Assembly: GCA_963801035.1 (NCBI GenBank)
Contig: CAWDDF010000010.1
Span: forward strand, 212,496-276,495
DNA from: an uncultured beta proteobacterium
GTDB lineage: Bacteria; Pseudomonadota; Gammaproteobacteria; Burkholderiales; Burkholderiaceae_F
Length of the DNA stretch: 64,000 bases
Reading direction: 5' to 3'
Under the pieces are notes generated by a model. The model had not been told where the DNA came from. It was given only the letters and a program-made list of their open reading frames with translations, and did not search any database. The first letter of the stretch is position 1, and the number at the start of each line of letters is the position of its first letter. Positions 10,349 to 21,325 of the stretch are shown here, in pieces. A program made the translations under genes and the position numbers.

Positions 10349-11327
10349 CTACTGCTGAATGTCCGCGAGGCGGACACGCGGGTCGAGCGCCGAATACATC
10401 AGATCGACCACCAGGTTGATCGTGATGAACATGAACACGACGACCAGCAAATATGCGACGACGACCGGGCGATCGAGCTGAAAGATTGAATCGATCACCA
10501 GCTTGCCCATGCCGGGCCACGCGAAAATGGTTTCAGTGACGACCGCGAATGCAATGACCGAACCGAGCTCGAGCCCGATCACGGTGATCAGCGGAATCAT
10601 GATGTTCTTCAGCAAGTGGACGCCGATCACGCGCCGGTTGGTCAATCCCTTCGCGCGCGCGAACTTGATGTAATCGAGCAGGCTTTGCTCGCGCACCTGC
10701 GCGCGCGTCAGCCGGATGATCAGCGACAGCTTGAACAGCGCCAGATTGATCGCAGGCAGCAGTGCGTACTTCAACCCTTCAACATTGAAGATCGACAGTT
10801 GCAGTCCGAGCACGTCGGTGGTCGGTCCGCGCCCGGTCGACGGCAACCAACCGAGCTGCACAGCGAATATCAGAATCAAGATGAGACCGACCCAGAAGGT
10901 CGGCAGCGAAAAACCGAGAATCGATCCGGCCATGATTGCTTTGGCGCCTGCGCTGTGGGGTCGCAATCCTGCGTAAAGCCCCAAAGGAATTCCGAGTACG
11001 ACCGCGATCACCATTGCCAGAAATGCGAGCTCGAGCGTTGCCGGCATGCGCTCGAAAATCACTTCGAGCGCGGGCCGTGCGTAAACGAACGAGTTGCCGA
11101 GGTTGCCGGTGAACGCGCCACCGATAAAGCTTAGGTACTGTTCGTGAATCGGCTTGTCGAGTCCGAGCGCCTTGCTTGCGCGCTCCTTCTCGATCTGATC
11201 GGCGGCAGGATTGACGAGAATTTCTACCGGATCGCCGATCAGATACAGACCCGGCAAAGACAAGCAGCGACGTGACGGCGAGAACCAGCGCAGTCTGCGC
11301 CAGGCGCCGCAGAACGTAGACGGTCAC
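10349..11327 (-). CDS. Peptide-type ABC transporter permease (DppB/OppB-like), interrupted by one apparent frameshift
   Basis: The N-terminus MTVYVLRRLAQTALVLAVTSLLVFAG lies in the 10779..11327 frame. It continues as LYLIGDPVEILVNP… in ORF 10349..11263. The shift is at the ccggg run near 11250-11252. Confidence 0.8.
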
Positions 11328-11361
11328 GGGTGAGCGACGGGCAGCCGGCTATGTCAACACG

Positions 11362-12969
11362 TCACTTCTTCGCGGCCGACATCGCGGCACCCTCGGGCCG
11401 CACGTCGTATGCCAGCGTGTATTGATCGGCGCGCGCCCGGTAGCTAATCCCTTGCCGCGTCGCCCAGGTGCTGACTTCGTAGTGCAGCGGCACAATTCCC
11501 ATCAGCTCGCCCACTGCCTTTTCGGTCGCGCGCGCGAGCATGATGCCGCGCTTGGTGTCATCAATCGTTGTCATCGCCTGCGTCAGCAGCGCGTCGACGC
11601 CGGGATCGGAGAAGCGGCCGCGATTGGCAGCGCCCATGCCCTGTTTGGCGTCGAACGTCGCAAGCAAAGAGCGCAATGGCGACGACACTTCGCCGCTGTC
11701 AGCGCCCCAGCCCGCCAGCAGGAAGCTGAACTCCAACTTGGAGCCGCGCGAAAAGAACACATTGGACGGCATCGTCTCGAGCTTGGTCGGAATGCCGCCA
11801 CGCGACAGGAACTGCGCGACCGCCTGCGCAACGGCCGCATCGTTGATGTAGCGATTGTTCGGCGCGTGCAAAGTCAAGCCGAATCCGTTCGGATAACCGG
11901 CCTCCGCCAGCAGCTTCTTCGCGGCTGCCGGATCGTACTTATCGGGCTTCAGCGTCTTGCTGGTGCCGAAGAACTGCTCAGGCAACAGTTGACCTGCTGG
12001 TACCGCTTGCGTCTCCATGATGCGCGATACGATCGCGTCGCGATCGATCATCTTGGAGATCGCCTGCCGTACCCTCGGATCGCGCAAAGGATTCGCTTCA
12101 AGCGGCTTGCCGTCGACCGTTGTCACGAACGGCGAGTTCTTATCGCGGTTCGAATCCAGATGCAGATAGATGATGCGATTCGACACCGCCGATGACAATG
12201 AAACGCGCTTGTCTTTCTTCAGCTGCGCAATATCTGCCGTCGGCACTCCCTCGATCATTTGTACATCACCGGCCAGCAGCGCGGCAACCCGCGCCGGCGC
12301 GCTGGTAATCATCCGAAAGCGCACGTTGTCCCATGCGGGCTTAGGCCCCCAGTACTGATCGTTGCGTTTCAGTACGACGCGGTCGCCGGCGACGTATTCG
12401 GCGTAGCGAAATGGACCGGTGCCGACCATCGCCTTGCCTGAGTTGAATTCCTCAGTCTTCGCGCCGTCGGCCACCGACTTCGGCACGATGGCAACAGACA
12501 CCATGTCGTACGGCAGCAGCGGATGCGGCTTGTCGGTTTTGAGGCGGAGCGTGAATTTGTCAGGCGTCTGGATGTCGATGATCGGGCGGACGAAGCTGGC
12601 GAACGACGCCGGAGAATTCGGCACGTTCGGTACGCGCTTGAAGGTCGCGATCACGTCATCAACGGTGAAGTCCTGACCATTGTGGAACTTGACTCCCTTG
12701 CGCAGCTTGATCTCCCACTCGGTGTCGGACAGCGGCTTCCATGATTCCGCCAGACTCGGCAACAGCGCGGTCTGCTTTTCGTCCTGCTTGATCAGCGTCT
12801 CAAACACGTGGCGCGCGATCTGGTTGTTCGGCGTCAGGTTGTGAAAATGCGGATCGAGCGACGTGATCGGCGACGACAGTCCTATCGTCAAGTCAGCGGC
12901 CCGCGCTAGGCCAATCGTTGCAAAGGACACGATAAGTGCGAAAAAAGCGCGCAGAATGGTGCTGGGCAT
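11362..12969 (-). CDS. ABC transporter substrate-binding protein, family 5 (DppA/OppA-like)
   Basis: 535-aa ORF with a signal peptide (MPSTILRAFFALIVSFATIGLARA). Its length and sequence are typical of peptide/nickel-type binding proteins. It is the first gene of the operon. Confidence 0.9.
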   Translation of the reverse strand: MPSTILRAFFALIVSFATIGLARAADLTIGLSSPITSLDPHFHNLTPNNQIARHVFETLIKQDEKQTALLPSLAESWKPLSDTEWEIKLRKGVKFHNGQDFTVDDVIATFKRVPNVPNSPASFASFVRPIIDIQTPDKFTLRLKTDKPHPLLPYDMVSVAIVPKSVADGAKTEEFNSGKAMVGTGPFRYAEYVAGDRVVLKRNDQYWGPKPAWDNVRFRMITSAPARVAALLAGDVQMIEGVPTADIAQLKKDKRVSLSSAVSNRIIYLHLDSNRDKNSPFVTTVDGKPLEANPLRDPRVRQAISKMIDRDAIVSRIMETQAVPAGQLLPEQFFGTSKTLKPDKYDPAAAKKLLAEAGYPNGFGLTLHAPNNRYINDAAVAQAVAQFLSRGGIPTKLETMPSNVFFSRGSKLEFSFLLAGWGADSGEVSSPLRSLLATFDAKQGMGAANRGRFSDPGVDALLTQAMTTIDDTKRGIMLARATEKAVGELMGIVPLHYEVSTWATRQGISYRARADQYTLAYDVRPEGAAMSAAKK

Positions 12970-13081
12970 GACGCCTCCTGGCTCGGGAAGACGCTAGCTT
13001 AGCGGGCCGCGGGCACGGCGTGTGCGAGCAAAGCGCAAAGAGCCACGCAGCGACTGTGGCAAGCATGGGAACGAAGAGCGC

Positions 13082-16000
13082 ATGGCTGAGCCGGATGTAG
13101 GTATCGAGAAGACCAGGGCGAAATCGAAGGCGACCACCGAGAAGCCGATGCCCTCTGGCGGTTCGACCGCGTTCGCCGAAGGCGAGCTTTCGCCCGATCA
13201 CGCCGAAGTCGAATATGCCGAACTGATCGACAACGTTGTTCCGACGCGCGGCTACGAAATGCTGCCGCTGGTGGGACTCGGCGGCTCAGCCGGCAGCATT
13301 CAGGCACTGCAAACTTTTTTCCGTGGGATGCCGGTTGATTCCGGATTGGCCTATGTCGTCATCCTGCATCTATCGTCCGAGCATGAAAGCTCGCTCGCCG
13401 AGCTGCTGCAGGGCTCGACCCAGATGCCAGTGGTGCAGGTCAATGCCACAGCGAAAGTGGAGCCCGACCATGTCTATGTGATCCCACCAGGCAAGCAGCT
13501 CGCCTCGGCGGATGGTCACCTGGAGTTGGCCGATTTGCCGACTGATCGCGGGCGCCGGTTGGCCGTCGATCTGTTCTTCCGCACGCTGGCAGATACCCAC
13601 GGTCCGCATGCGGCGGCGATCGTTCTGTCCGGCGCCGACGGTGACGGCGCAATTGGCATCAAGCGCATCAAAGAGCGCGGCGGGTTGACCATCGCGCAAG
13701 ACCCTGACGAAGCCGAACATCAGGGCATGCCGCGTTCGGCGATCAATACCGGCATGGTCGACTGGGTGCTGCAGGTCGGGCAAATGCCAGAGCGGCTCGT
13801 TAAGTACTACGAGCTGGCAAAGCGGGTGGCATTGCCGCCTGAAGATGGCCCGCAACCCGCCCAGCCGACGGCGCGTCCGTCAGTGGGCGAGGCGGAGACA
13901 GCATTGCGCGAAGTCCTTGCGTTCTTGCGCAACCGTACCGGGCGCGACTTCTCTTATTACAAGCGCGCGACGATTTTGCGGCGCATCGGCCGCCGCCTGC
14001 AGGTCAACGGTCTCGATGATCTGCCGGCATACCTTGAATTTCTGCGTCTGCATCCGGGTGAAACCGGCGCGCTGTTGCAGGATATGTTGATCAGCGTGAC
14101 CAATTTTTTCCGCGATCGCGAAGCCTTCGATGCGCTTGAATCAGAAATCCCGTACTTGTTCAGAGATAAGCGGGCCGGCGACACCGTTCGCGTGTGGGTG
14201 CCCGGATGCGCAACCGGCGAGGAAGCGTATTCGATCGCAATGCTGCTATCCGAGCATGCGCGAAAGATAGATGCGCCTCCGCAGATCCAGGTCTTTGCAA
14301 CGGACCTCGACGAAAGCGTCATCAGAAGCGCGCGTGATGGCAGTTATCCCGACACCATCGCCGCTGACGTTTCGGAGGAACGACTCAGGCGCTGGTTTCT
14401 AAAAGAAGCGCGTGGGTATCGAGTACGACGCGAGATTCGGGAGCTCGTGCTTTTTGCTCTGCATGACGTGCTGAAGGACTCGCCGTTTTCACGGCTCGAT
14501 CTGGTCTCCTGCAGAAACCTGCTCATTTATCTGACAAACGAAGCACAGTCGCGTGCATTCGACATCTTTCATTTTGCGTTGCGTCCGGGCGGCCGTTTGT
14601 TTTTGGGAACCTCAGAGTCCATTGAAAACGACGGAGTTCTCTTTTCGACACTCGATAAAAAGTACCGTATTTACGCGCAAAGACCCGGCGCCCGTATGAC
14701 GTTACCGGTGCCGATCGGCACCAGCGCTCTGGCGAGGGCGTTGGAGTTGAAAGAAAAGATAACGGATCGGCCTGCGCTGCCCAAAGAACAGCGTACCAAC
14801 GGCGATGCGCTGGAGGGCGAGCGCGTTGCGGGCGCCGATCGACATCGGAGTCACAACCCGAGGAACTGCATTACAAACTTATCGAGCGCTTTGCTCCGCC
14901 GTCGATTCTGGTTAACGGCCAGTACGACATCGTGCATATGTCCGACGAAGCCGGCAAGTTCCTGCAATTCTCCGGAGGCGAGCCAACGCGAAATTTGCTG
15001 CAACTCGTACATCCGATGCTGCGGCTCGATTTGCGTGCGGCGTTATTCAGCGCCGCGCAATCGCAGAGGCAGGTGGACGCCTCAAACGTTGTCGTCGACT
15101 TGAACGGCAATCGCAAAGTGGTCGACCTCCACGTTTTCCCTGCCGGCGACCTGGCTCCGGAGCACTTGCTGGTCAAGTTCGATTTGCATCCGCTGACACC
15201 CGAGATGATTGCCGATCGGATGCGCAACGCGGAGCTGGACCAGGTTTCGCACCAGCTCGAGCTCGAGCTGGAGCGTACGAAGGCGCAGCTGCGTGACACC
15301 GTCGAACAGTCCGAAGCGTCCACCGAAGAGCTGAAAGCCAGCAACGAAGAGTTGCAGGCGATGAACGAAGAGCTGCGCTCGGCCACAGAAGAACTCGAAA
15401 CCAGCCGAGAAGAGCTGCAGTCGATCAACGAGGAGCTGGCGACCGTCAACCTCGAGCTGAAGAACAAGGTTGATGAGCTCGGCCATTCGAACTCGGACTT
15501 GCATGTCCTGATGGCGGCCACCGCGATCGCGACGATATTTCTTGATCGCGATTTGCGCATCCTGCGCTATACGCCGCCGGCTGTCGAACTGTTCAATCTG
15601 ATCCCGACCGACATGGGCCGGCCGCTGTCCGATTTGACGCATCGGCTCGACTATCCCGAGATCGAGCGCGACGCGCGTCGTGCGCTTGGCGAGCTGCTTC
15701 CTTCCGAGCGCGAAGTACAGGCGGGCGACCGTTGGTTCCTTGCGCGCACATTGCCTTATCGAACAGCCGATGACCGTATCGGAGGCGTTGTCCTGACTTT
15801 TGTGGACATTACCGAGCGTCGCCACGCGGTGGAAACGCTGCGCGCACTACAGGAAGAGCAGGCATCGGATCTTGCAGCAACGCTGAAGCTGCAGGAATTG
15901 AGCTCCAGACTGCTGAATTCGGTAGAACTGCAGCCTTTGCTCAGGCAGCTGCTCGACGCAACGATTGAAATGCAGGGCGCTGATTTCGGTTGCGTGCAGT

Positions 16001-17895
16001 TGTACAACGCAGAGAAACGGAACCTCGAGATGGTTGCACAGCGCGGTTTCGATCCATCGCTTCTGAATCGTTTTGAAAAGCTTGGACTCGACCGAACGGG
16101 AGCTAGCGGGCGGTCAATTTCCAAGCGAGGGCGGATCGTCGTGCCCGATGTCAACGAGGACGAAAGCTACAAGCCGTTGCGGACATTCGCCGCGGAGGCG
16201 GGTTACCGCGCGGTGCATTCGATACCGCTGTTCGACCGCAATGATCAGCCGCTTGGAGTCTTGACGACGCATTTCCGTCAGCCGCACAAACCGTCCGAAC
16301 GCGAACTCAGGCTGACCGATCTGTACGCCCGGCAGTTTGCCGATGTGATTGCGTTCAAGATTGCCGAGCAGAGCGTTCGCGCGTCCGAAGAAGCATTCCG
16401 CGCGATGGTGGAGCAGACGACGCTGGGCGTCCTTCGATGCGCCTTTTCAGGCCGAATACTGTTTGCGAATCAGCGCTTATGCGAAATTGTCGGCCATTCA
16501 GCGGAACAGCTTCATCAACTTCGTCTACAGGAGATCACACATCCCGACGATCTCTCTGCGAGTGAGAGATCGTTTGCTCGGCTCGCGCGCGATGGGACGC
16601 CGTTCCAAATGGAACAGCGCCTTATCCGCGGCGACGGAAGCCTGGTGTCGGTATCGCTAAGCGTCTCCGTTTTGCGCGATCGGGACGGACGGCCACAAAC
16701 CGCGACGGCAATGGTGCTCGATTTGACCGAACGCAATCGAGCGCTAGAAGCGTCCCGCGAAAGCGAAGAGCGGCTGAGGCTGGTCATTGAAAATGCGCGC
16801 GAATATGCAATTTTTGCCCTCGATCTTGACCGACGAATCACGAGCTGGAACTCGGGTGCGCAGCGACTGCTTGGATATTCTGAACACGAGATCATCGGGC
16901 AGCTCGGGGACGTTATTTTCACGCCCGAGGATCGCGCGGCGGGTGCGGCTGAACACGAGGCAGAAGTTGCGTTTGCCGAAGGCCGATCCGCCGACGAGCG
17001 CTGGCACGTACGCAAGGACGGCAGCCGGTTCTGGGGCAGCGGCGCCATGATGGCGATGCACGATGCCAACAATCAAACGATCGGCCTGCTGAAAATCTTT
17101 CGCGATGAAACAGCGGCGCGCGAAACCAATGACGCGCTTGCCCGCAGCGAAGCGGAACTGATGCGCGCGCTCAAGGACAATCAGTTTGCACGCAATGAGC
17201 TCGAAGCCGCGAGTCGTGCCAAGGACCGGTTTCTCGCGGTGCTTTCACACGAGTTGCGCACGCCGTTGACGCCGGTAGTGATGGCGGTTCAAACGCTGGT
17301 GCGTCGCCCTGACATTCCTGATCCGGCACGAGAAGCGCTCGAGATGATCCGGCGCAACGTCAAGATCGAATCGCATTTGATCGATGACCTGCTGGACCTG
17401 ACGCGAGTCACGCGCGGCCAATTTGAAATTGTGACCGAACCGATGGACATCCATGCGGCCATTAACGGCGCGGTGGAGATCTGCGAGTCCGATATTCGGG
17501 GCAAGGATCAAACGCTGACGATCGCGCTCGATGCCGACACGCATGTCATCAACGGCGATTACACGCGACTGCAGCAGGTGGTCTGGAACCTGCTAAAAAA
17601 TGCGTCAAAGTTCACTCGCCGAGGCGGGGCAATTCGCCTTACGACTGCCAGCGGGGGTAAAAAATTCTGCCTAACAGTGTCGGACAACGGAATCGGCATC
17701 GATCCGACCGCTCTTCCGACAATTTTTGAAGCGTTTACACAGGGCGGTGAGTGGGTGTCACGTGAATACGGCGGCTTAGGCCTTGGACTTGCTATCTCTA
17801 AAGCCACGATCGAAGCGCACGGCGGAAACATCAAGGTTGAAAGCGGCGGGACGGGACAGGGGTCCACTTTTACTGTTGAGCTGCCGTTGGTTTGA
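13082..17895 (+). CDS. Hybrid CheB methylesterase / CheR methyltransferase / coiled-coil / PAS-GAF-PAS-PAS / histidine kinase, interrupted by one apparent frameshift near 14800-14860
   Basis: ORF 13022..15103 has a CheB-like segment (GGSAGSIQALQTFF…VVILHLS) and a CheR segment (FFRDREAF…VWVPGCATGEEAYSIAMLL). ORF 14932..17895 continues upstream in its own frame as EELHYKLIERFAPPSILVNGQYDIVHMSDEAG. It then has an EEL-rich coiled coil, PAS/GAF modules, the H-box SHELRTPL and the ATPase G-box GGLGLGLAISK. The start ATG 13082 (MAEPDV) is my choice. Confidence 0.85.
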
Positions 17896-17912
17896 AATAC
17901 GGCATTTGCAAA

Positions 17913-18374
17913 ATGCGAACAAACGCTAACCCGGCACCCGGCGCCGCCACGGGCTTGCGGGTCTTTGTTGTTGAAAATCACGCGGATACCCGCGAATTCC
18001 TGACGTTCATGCTGGAAGAGCTCGGGCATACCGTGATGGTGGCGGATTCGATGAGTCGTGCCCTGCGTGACGTACCGGCAGCGAACTGCGACGTTCTGAT
18101 TTCCGACATCGGCTTGCCGGACGGGGACGGGTGGCAGCTACTCGCCCGCCTTGAGCTACAGAAGCCGGTCTACGCAATCGCGATGAGCGGCTTTGGAATG
18201 ACGTCCGATCGCTTGCGAAGCAAGGCGGTGGGATATCGGCACCATCTGGTCAAGCCGATGGGGCTCGAGCAACTCGAAAATATCTTGAAAGACGCGGCTA
18301 CTGAACTGGAGGAGTCGGAACGCGGCGAGGCGGTCGGCGCCGCTCCGTTGCGTGGTGCCGCGGGCGTCGGGTAG
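17913..18374 (+). CDS. Single-domain response regulator (CheY-like receiver)
   Basis: The receiver signature is present: VFVVENHADTREF…DVLISDIGLPDGDG…AIAMSGFG…LVKP. It lies immediately downstream of the kinase. ATG 17913 is preferred over the TTG at 17892. Confidence 0.8.
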   Translation: MRTNANPAPGAATGLRVFVVENHADTREFLTFMLEELGHTVMVADSMSRALRDVPAANCDVLISDIGLPDGDGWQLLARLELQKPVYAIAMSGFGMTSDRLRSKAVGYRHHLVKPMGLEQLENILKDAATELEESERGEAVGAAPLRGAAGVG

Positions 18375-18384
18375 GTGGATTAAG

Positions 18385-18789
18385 TCAAACGATCTTCAGG
18401 ATCGCGCTGGCGGTAACGACAACGTCTGGGCCAACGGTCAGTTGGCCCTCGGTAAACGACAAGGTTGCAGTACGACGTACCACACGCCCTCGTGCTTCAA
18501 CGAATGCGGGCGGACGTACGGCGTTCAGGAACCGCACATCGATCTGAATCGTCACGCACGCTCGGCGGTCCGCGTCCTCCCAAGCAATCGCGCTTAGCGC
18601 GTGATCGATCAGCGTCATCAGCAGCCCGCCGTGCACGATGCCGGCGGGGTTCGTGTGCTGTGACGTCGGAACCAACCCATACGCCCAGCTTTCATTTTCC
18701 CTGCGCGTCCACAGCGGCCCAACGGTGCCGATAAACCCATCCAGCGTGCGCTGTTTCCAGCCTGAAGCGCTCGGATCATCAACGTCCAT
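18385..18789 (-). CDS. PaaI-family hotdog-fold thioesterase
   Basis: 134-aa ORF with the GIVHGGLLMTLIDHALS motif typical of PaaI/YbdB thioesterases. Confidence 0.7.
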   Translation of the reverse strand: MDVDDPSASGWKQRTLDGFIGTVGPLWTRRENESWAYGLVPTSQHTNPAGIVHGGLLMTLIDHALSAIAWEDADRRACVTIQIDVRFLNAVRPPAFVEARGRVVRRTATLSFTEGQLTVGPDVVVTASAILKIV

Positions 18790-18791
18790 CG

Positions 18792-19625
18792 TCAGCTGTT
18801 CTCCAGTACCGATTCGGACAGAGCCTGCGCTTCGACCTGCATGTGCTTCGCCAGCGCAACGCTGCGCGCAGCGTCGAGCTGATGCGCAACCCCCGCGGCG
18901 ACGATTGCATGGCTGACACGCTTCGAGGTATCAAACAAAGGCACGGCGACGATCGTCACGCCGTTGATGTAGTTGCCACGATCGATGCTGTAACCCTTAC
19001 GACGTACCGCTTCAACCTCGGTGCGCCAGGTTTTCAGATCGGGCGCGTTCTGCCATCGCAATCGTTTGAATCCCTGCTCGATCTCGTTCCATGGTCGATC
19101 GCTGAACGCCGCGTTCAGGCGCCCGGTTGCACTGATCAGCGCAGGAAAGCGACTGCCGACATCCAGATGCAGGCTAAACGGCATCTGCGAGCGCGAAAGA
19201 GTGACGACAACCATGTGCTCGAGTCCGACGATCTCGACGCCGATCGCCGTGACACCCCACTCACGCGACAGCCGATCGAGAACGGGCTGCGCGACATTCG
19301 CAAAGCTGTTGCGCTCGATCACGCTGCGCGCCAGTGAAAGCATTCCTACGCCGAGCTTGTAGCGCTTGGTCTCGGCGTCGACCGTTACGAGCCGCTCCTG
19401 CACCAGCACCCGCAGGATGTGCAGGCACGTACTGGTGACAAGCCCGAGCGATTGTGCAATCGCCTTGACGCCCATCGGAGACGAGCTCTTACCAAGCAAA
19501 CGAAGGATCGCAATCGACCGGCTGACGGCAGGTACCGGGCGAACCCGCGGGGCTTTGGCGGCGGCTTCAGCCGGCTTTGGCTTGCGCGAAGGGGCTTGCT
19601 GAACTCTCACCGCTACGGTCGGCAT
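18792..19625 (-). CDS. IclR-family transcriptional regulator
   Basis: The N-terminal wHTH is present (SRSIAILRLLGKSSSPMGVKAIAQSLGLVTSTCLHILRVLVQERLV), followed by an IclR effector domain of the expected length. It is divergent from the acyl-CoA operon. Confidence 0.9.
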   Translation of the reverse strand: MPTVAVRVQQAPSRKPKPAEAAAKAPRVRPVPAVSRSIAILRLLGKSSSPMGVKAIAQSLGLVTSTCLHILRVLVQERLVTVDAETKRYKLGVGMLSLARSVIERNSFANVAQPVLDRLSREWGVTAIGVEIVGLEHMVVVTLSRSQMPFSLHLDVGSRFPALISATGRLNAAFSDRPWNEIEQGFKRLRWQNAPDLKTWRTEVEAVRRKGYSIDRGNYINGVTIVAVPLFDTSKRVSHAIVAAGVAHQLDAARSVALAKHMQVEAQALSESVLENS

Positions 19626-19726
19626 CGCTGATTTATTTGTTTTGTATTAGTACAAACAAGCGTTGTATTTGACAACTGTATTCAATTCGCTGATCATTTG
19701 CAACTCGCTTTTCTTGCGGGTCCCAC
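19626..19726. promoter_or_regulatory. Divergent IclR / acyl-CoA-ligase control region with imperfect palindrome and TGTATT triplet
   Basis: An AT-rich 101-bp gap. It has an imperfect inverted repeat TTGTTTTGTA-TTAG-TACAAACAA (about 19637-19659). TGTATT occurs three times (19643, 19664, 19677). A consensus -35 TTGACA lies at 19669-19674, but I see no convincing -10. Confidence 0.35.
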
Positions 19727-21303
19727 GTGACCAAGCTCACCGAATACACGTCGTACGCGGACGCTCAGCGGTACTGCACTTCCGACAAGCTGTGGGAGCT
19801 GTTCGACGGCGATCGCGACCGCCTGAACATCGCGCACGAGTGCATCGATCGTCATGTGTCCGAAGGTCGCGTCGCGGTAATCCTGGCGCACGCCGACGGC
19901 CGCGACGAGCTGATCACGTTCGAGCAGATCGCGCGCCAATCGGCGCAATTTGCCAACTATCTTGCAGCGCAGGGAATCAAACCCGGTGACCGGGTCGCAG
20001 TGATGCTGGAGCCGTCGCACGCCTTCTACGTCGCGATGTTCGGCGCGATCAAGTACGGCGCGATCGCGGTGCCGCTGTTCACGCTGTTTGGTCCCGACGG
20101 TATTCGTCTTGCGGGTGCAGGACTGCGCGCCGCAGCTGCTAGTCACCAATGCGGAGAAAGCACCGTTGGCGCAGGGCCTGGGAACCGTGAAGGTCATCGT
20201 CGCAGACGACCGTTTCCTCGCGGATCTGGCCGGACTATAGCGATCAGTTCACTCCGATGACGCGCGCCGACGACGTCGCGATATTTCAGTACACGTCCGG
20301 CACGACGCGCGAGCTTCCGGAAGCGGTCAAGCATTCGCATCGGGCCCTCGTGACGTTAATGCTTGCGGCGTTGTACGGAACCGGATTGCGCCCGAACGAT
20401 CGATTCTTCTGTCCGTCGTCGCCTGCATGGGGGCACGGTTTGTGGCACGGGACACTTGCGCCGCTCGCGCTCGGCATCACGATCGGCGCGTTCTCCGGCA
20501 AATTCAACGCTGAGCGATTGCTAAAGGCTCTGCACGATCATCGCTTTACCAATCTGTCGGCTGCCGCGACGCATTACCGGATGATGCGCAACTCGGGCGC
20601 CGCATCGAAGTACACGTACTTCCTGCAGAAACTTTCCTTCACCGGCGAGCCCATCGACAGCGAGACCGCGACGTTCGCCGAGACGACTTTCAAGCATCCG
20701 GTCTGCAGCATGTACGGTACGACCGAGATCGGCGTGATCCTGGTCAACTATCCGGGCGCCGAGGATTTCACGGTAAAGCCCGGCTCGCTGGGCAAACCGA
20801 TCCCGGGCGGCAAGGTAGAGGTTCAGGACGCGAATGGCACCGCCTGCGCGCCAGGCGTCGTCGGTGAACTGAAAGTGTGGCGCCGTGACACCTGGATTCC
20901 GACGAAGGATCTCGGTCGCGTCGACGAAGACGGTTATTTTTATCATGCAGGTCGTGCCGACGACGTGATCATCTCGGCCGGCTGGACGATGAGCGCGGTT
21001 GAAATCGAAGACGCGATCCTGAAGCATCCGCAGGTGCAGGAAGCGGCGGCGATCGGCGTGCCCGACGCGTTGCGCGGCCAGGTCGTCAAGGCGTTTGTCG
21101 TCGCATCGCGCAACGGCGACGACACGTTTATCGAAGAAATACAGCAGCTGGTGCGAACACGGCTCGCCGCGCACGAGTATCCGCGCCAGATCGCATTCGT
21201 CTCCGAGCTGCCAAAAACTCCCGCGGGCAAGGTTCACCGCAAAGTGCTGCGTGAGCGCGAGCTCGCCGCATTGGCGGCTTCGGCCGACGCCGCGCCGTAC
21301 TGA
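19727..21303 (+). CDS. AMP-dependent acyl-CoA synthetase/ligase, interrupted by two apparent frameshifts
   Basis: Frame A runs from 19727 to about 20100. Frame B, which I read, gives RVQDCAPQLLVTNAEKAPLAQGLGTVKVIVADDRFLADLAG. Frame C (ORF 20257..21303) extends upstream as DYSDQFTPMTRADDVAIFQYTSGTTRELPEAVKHSH, the AMP-binding core. The C-terminus has PKTPAGKVHR. The shifts lie near 20100-20112 and 20228-20236. Confidence 0.85.
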
Positions 21304-21325
21304 CTTAACCGACAGGAAAATATCG

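Noticed and set aside
15240-15480. Periodic gaagagctg-type repeats
   Set aside because: They encode the EEL-rich coiled coil typical of CheR-PAS kinases (…EELKASNEELQAMNEELRSATEELETSREELQSINEEL…). They are not a mobile or regulatory repeat.
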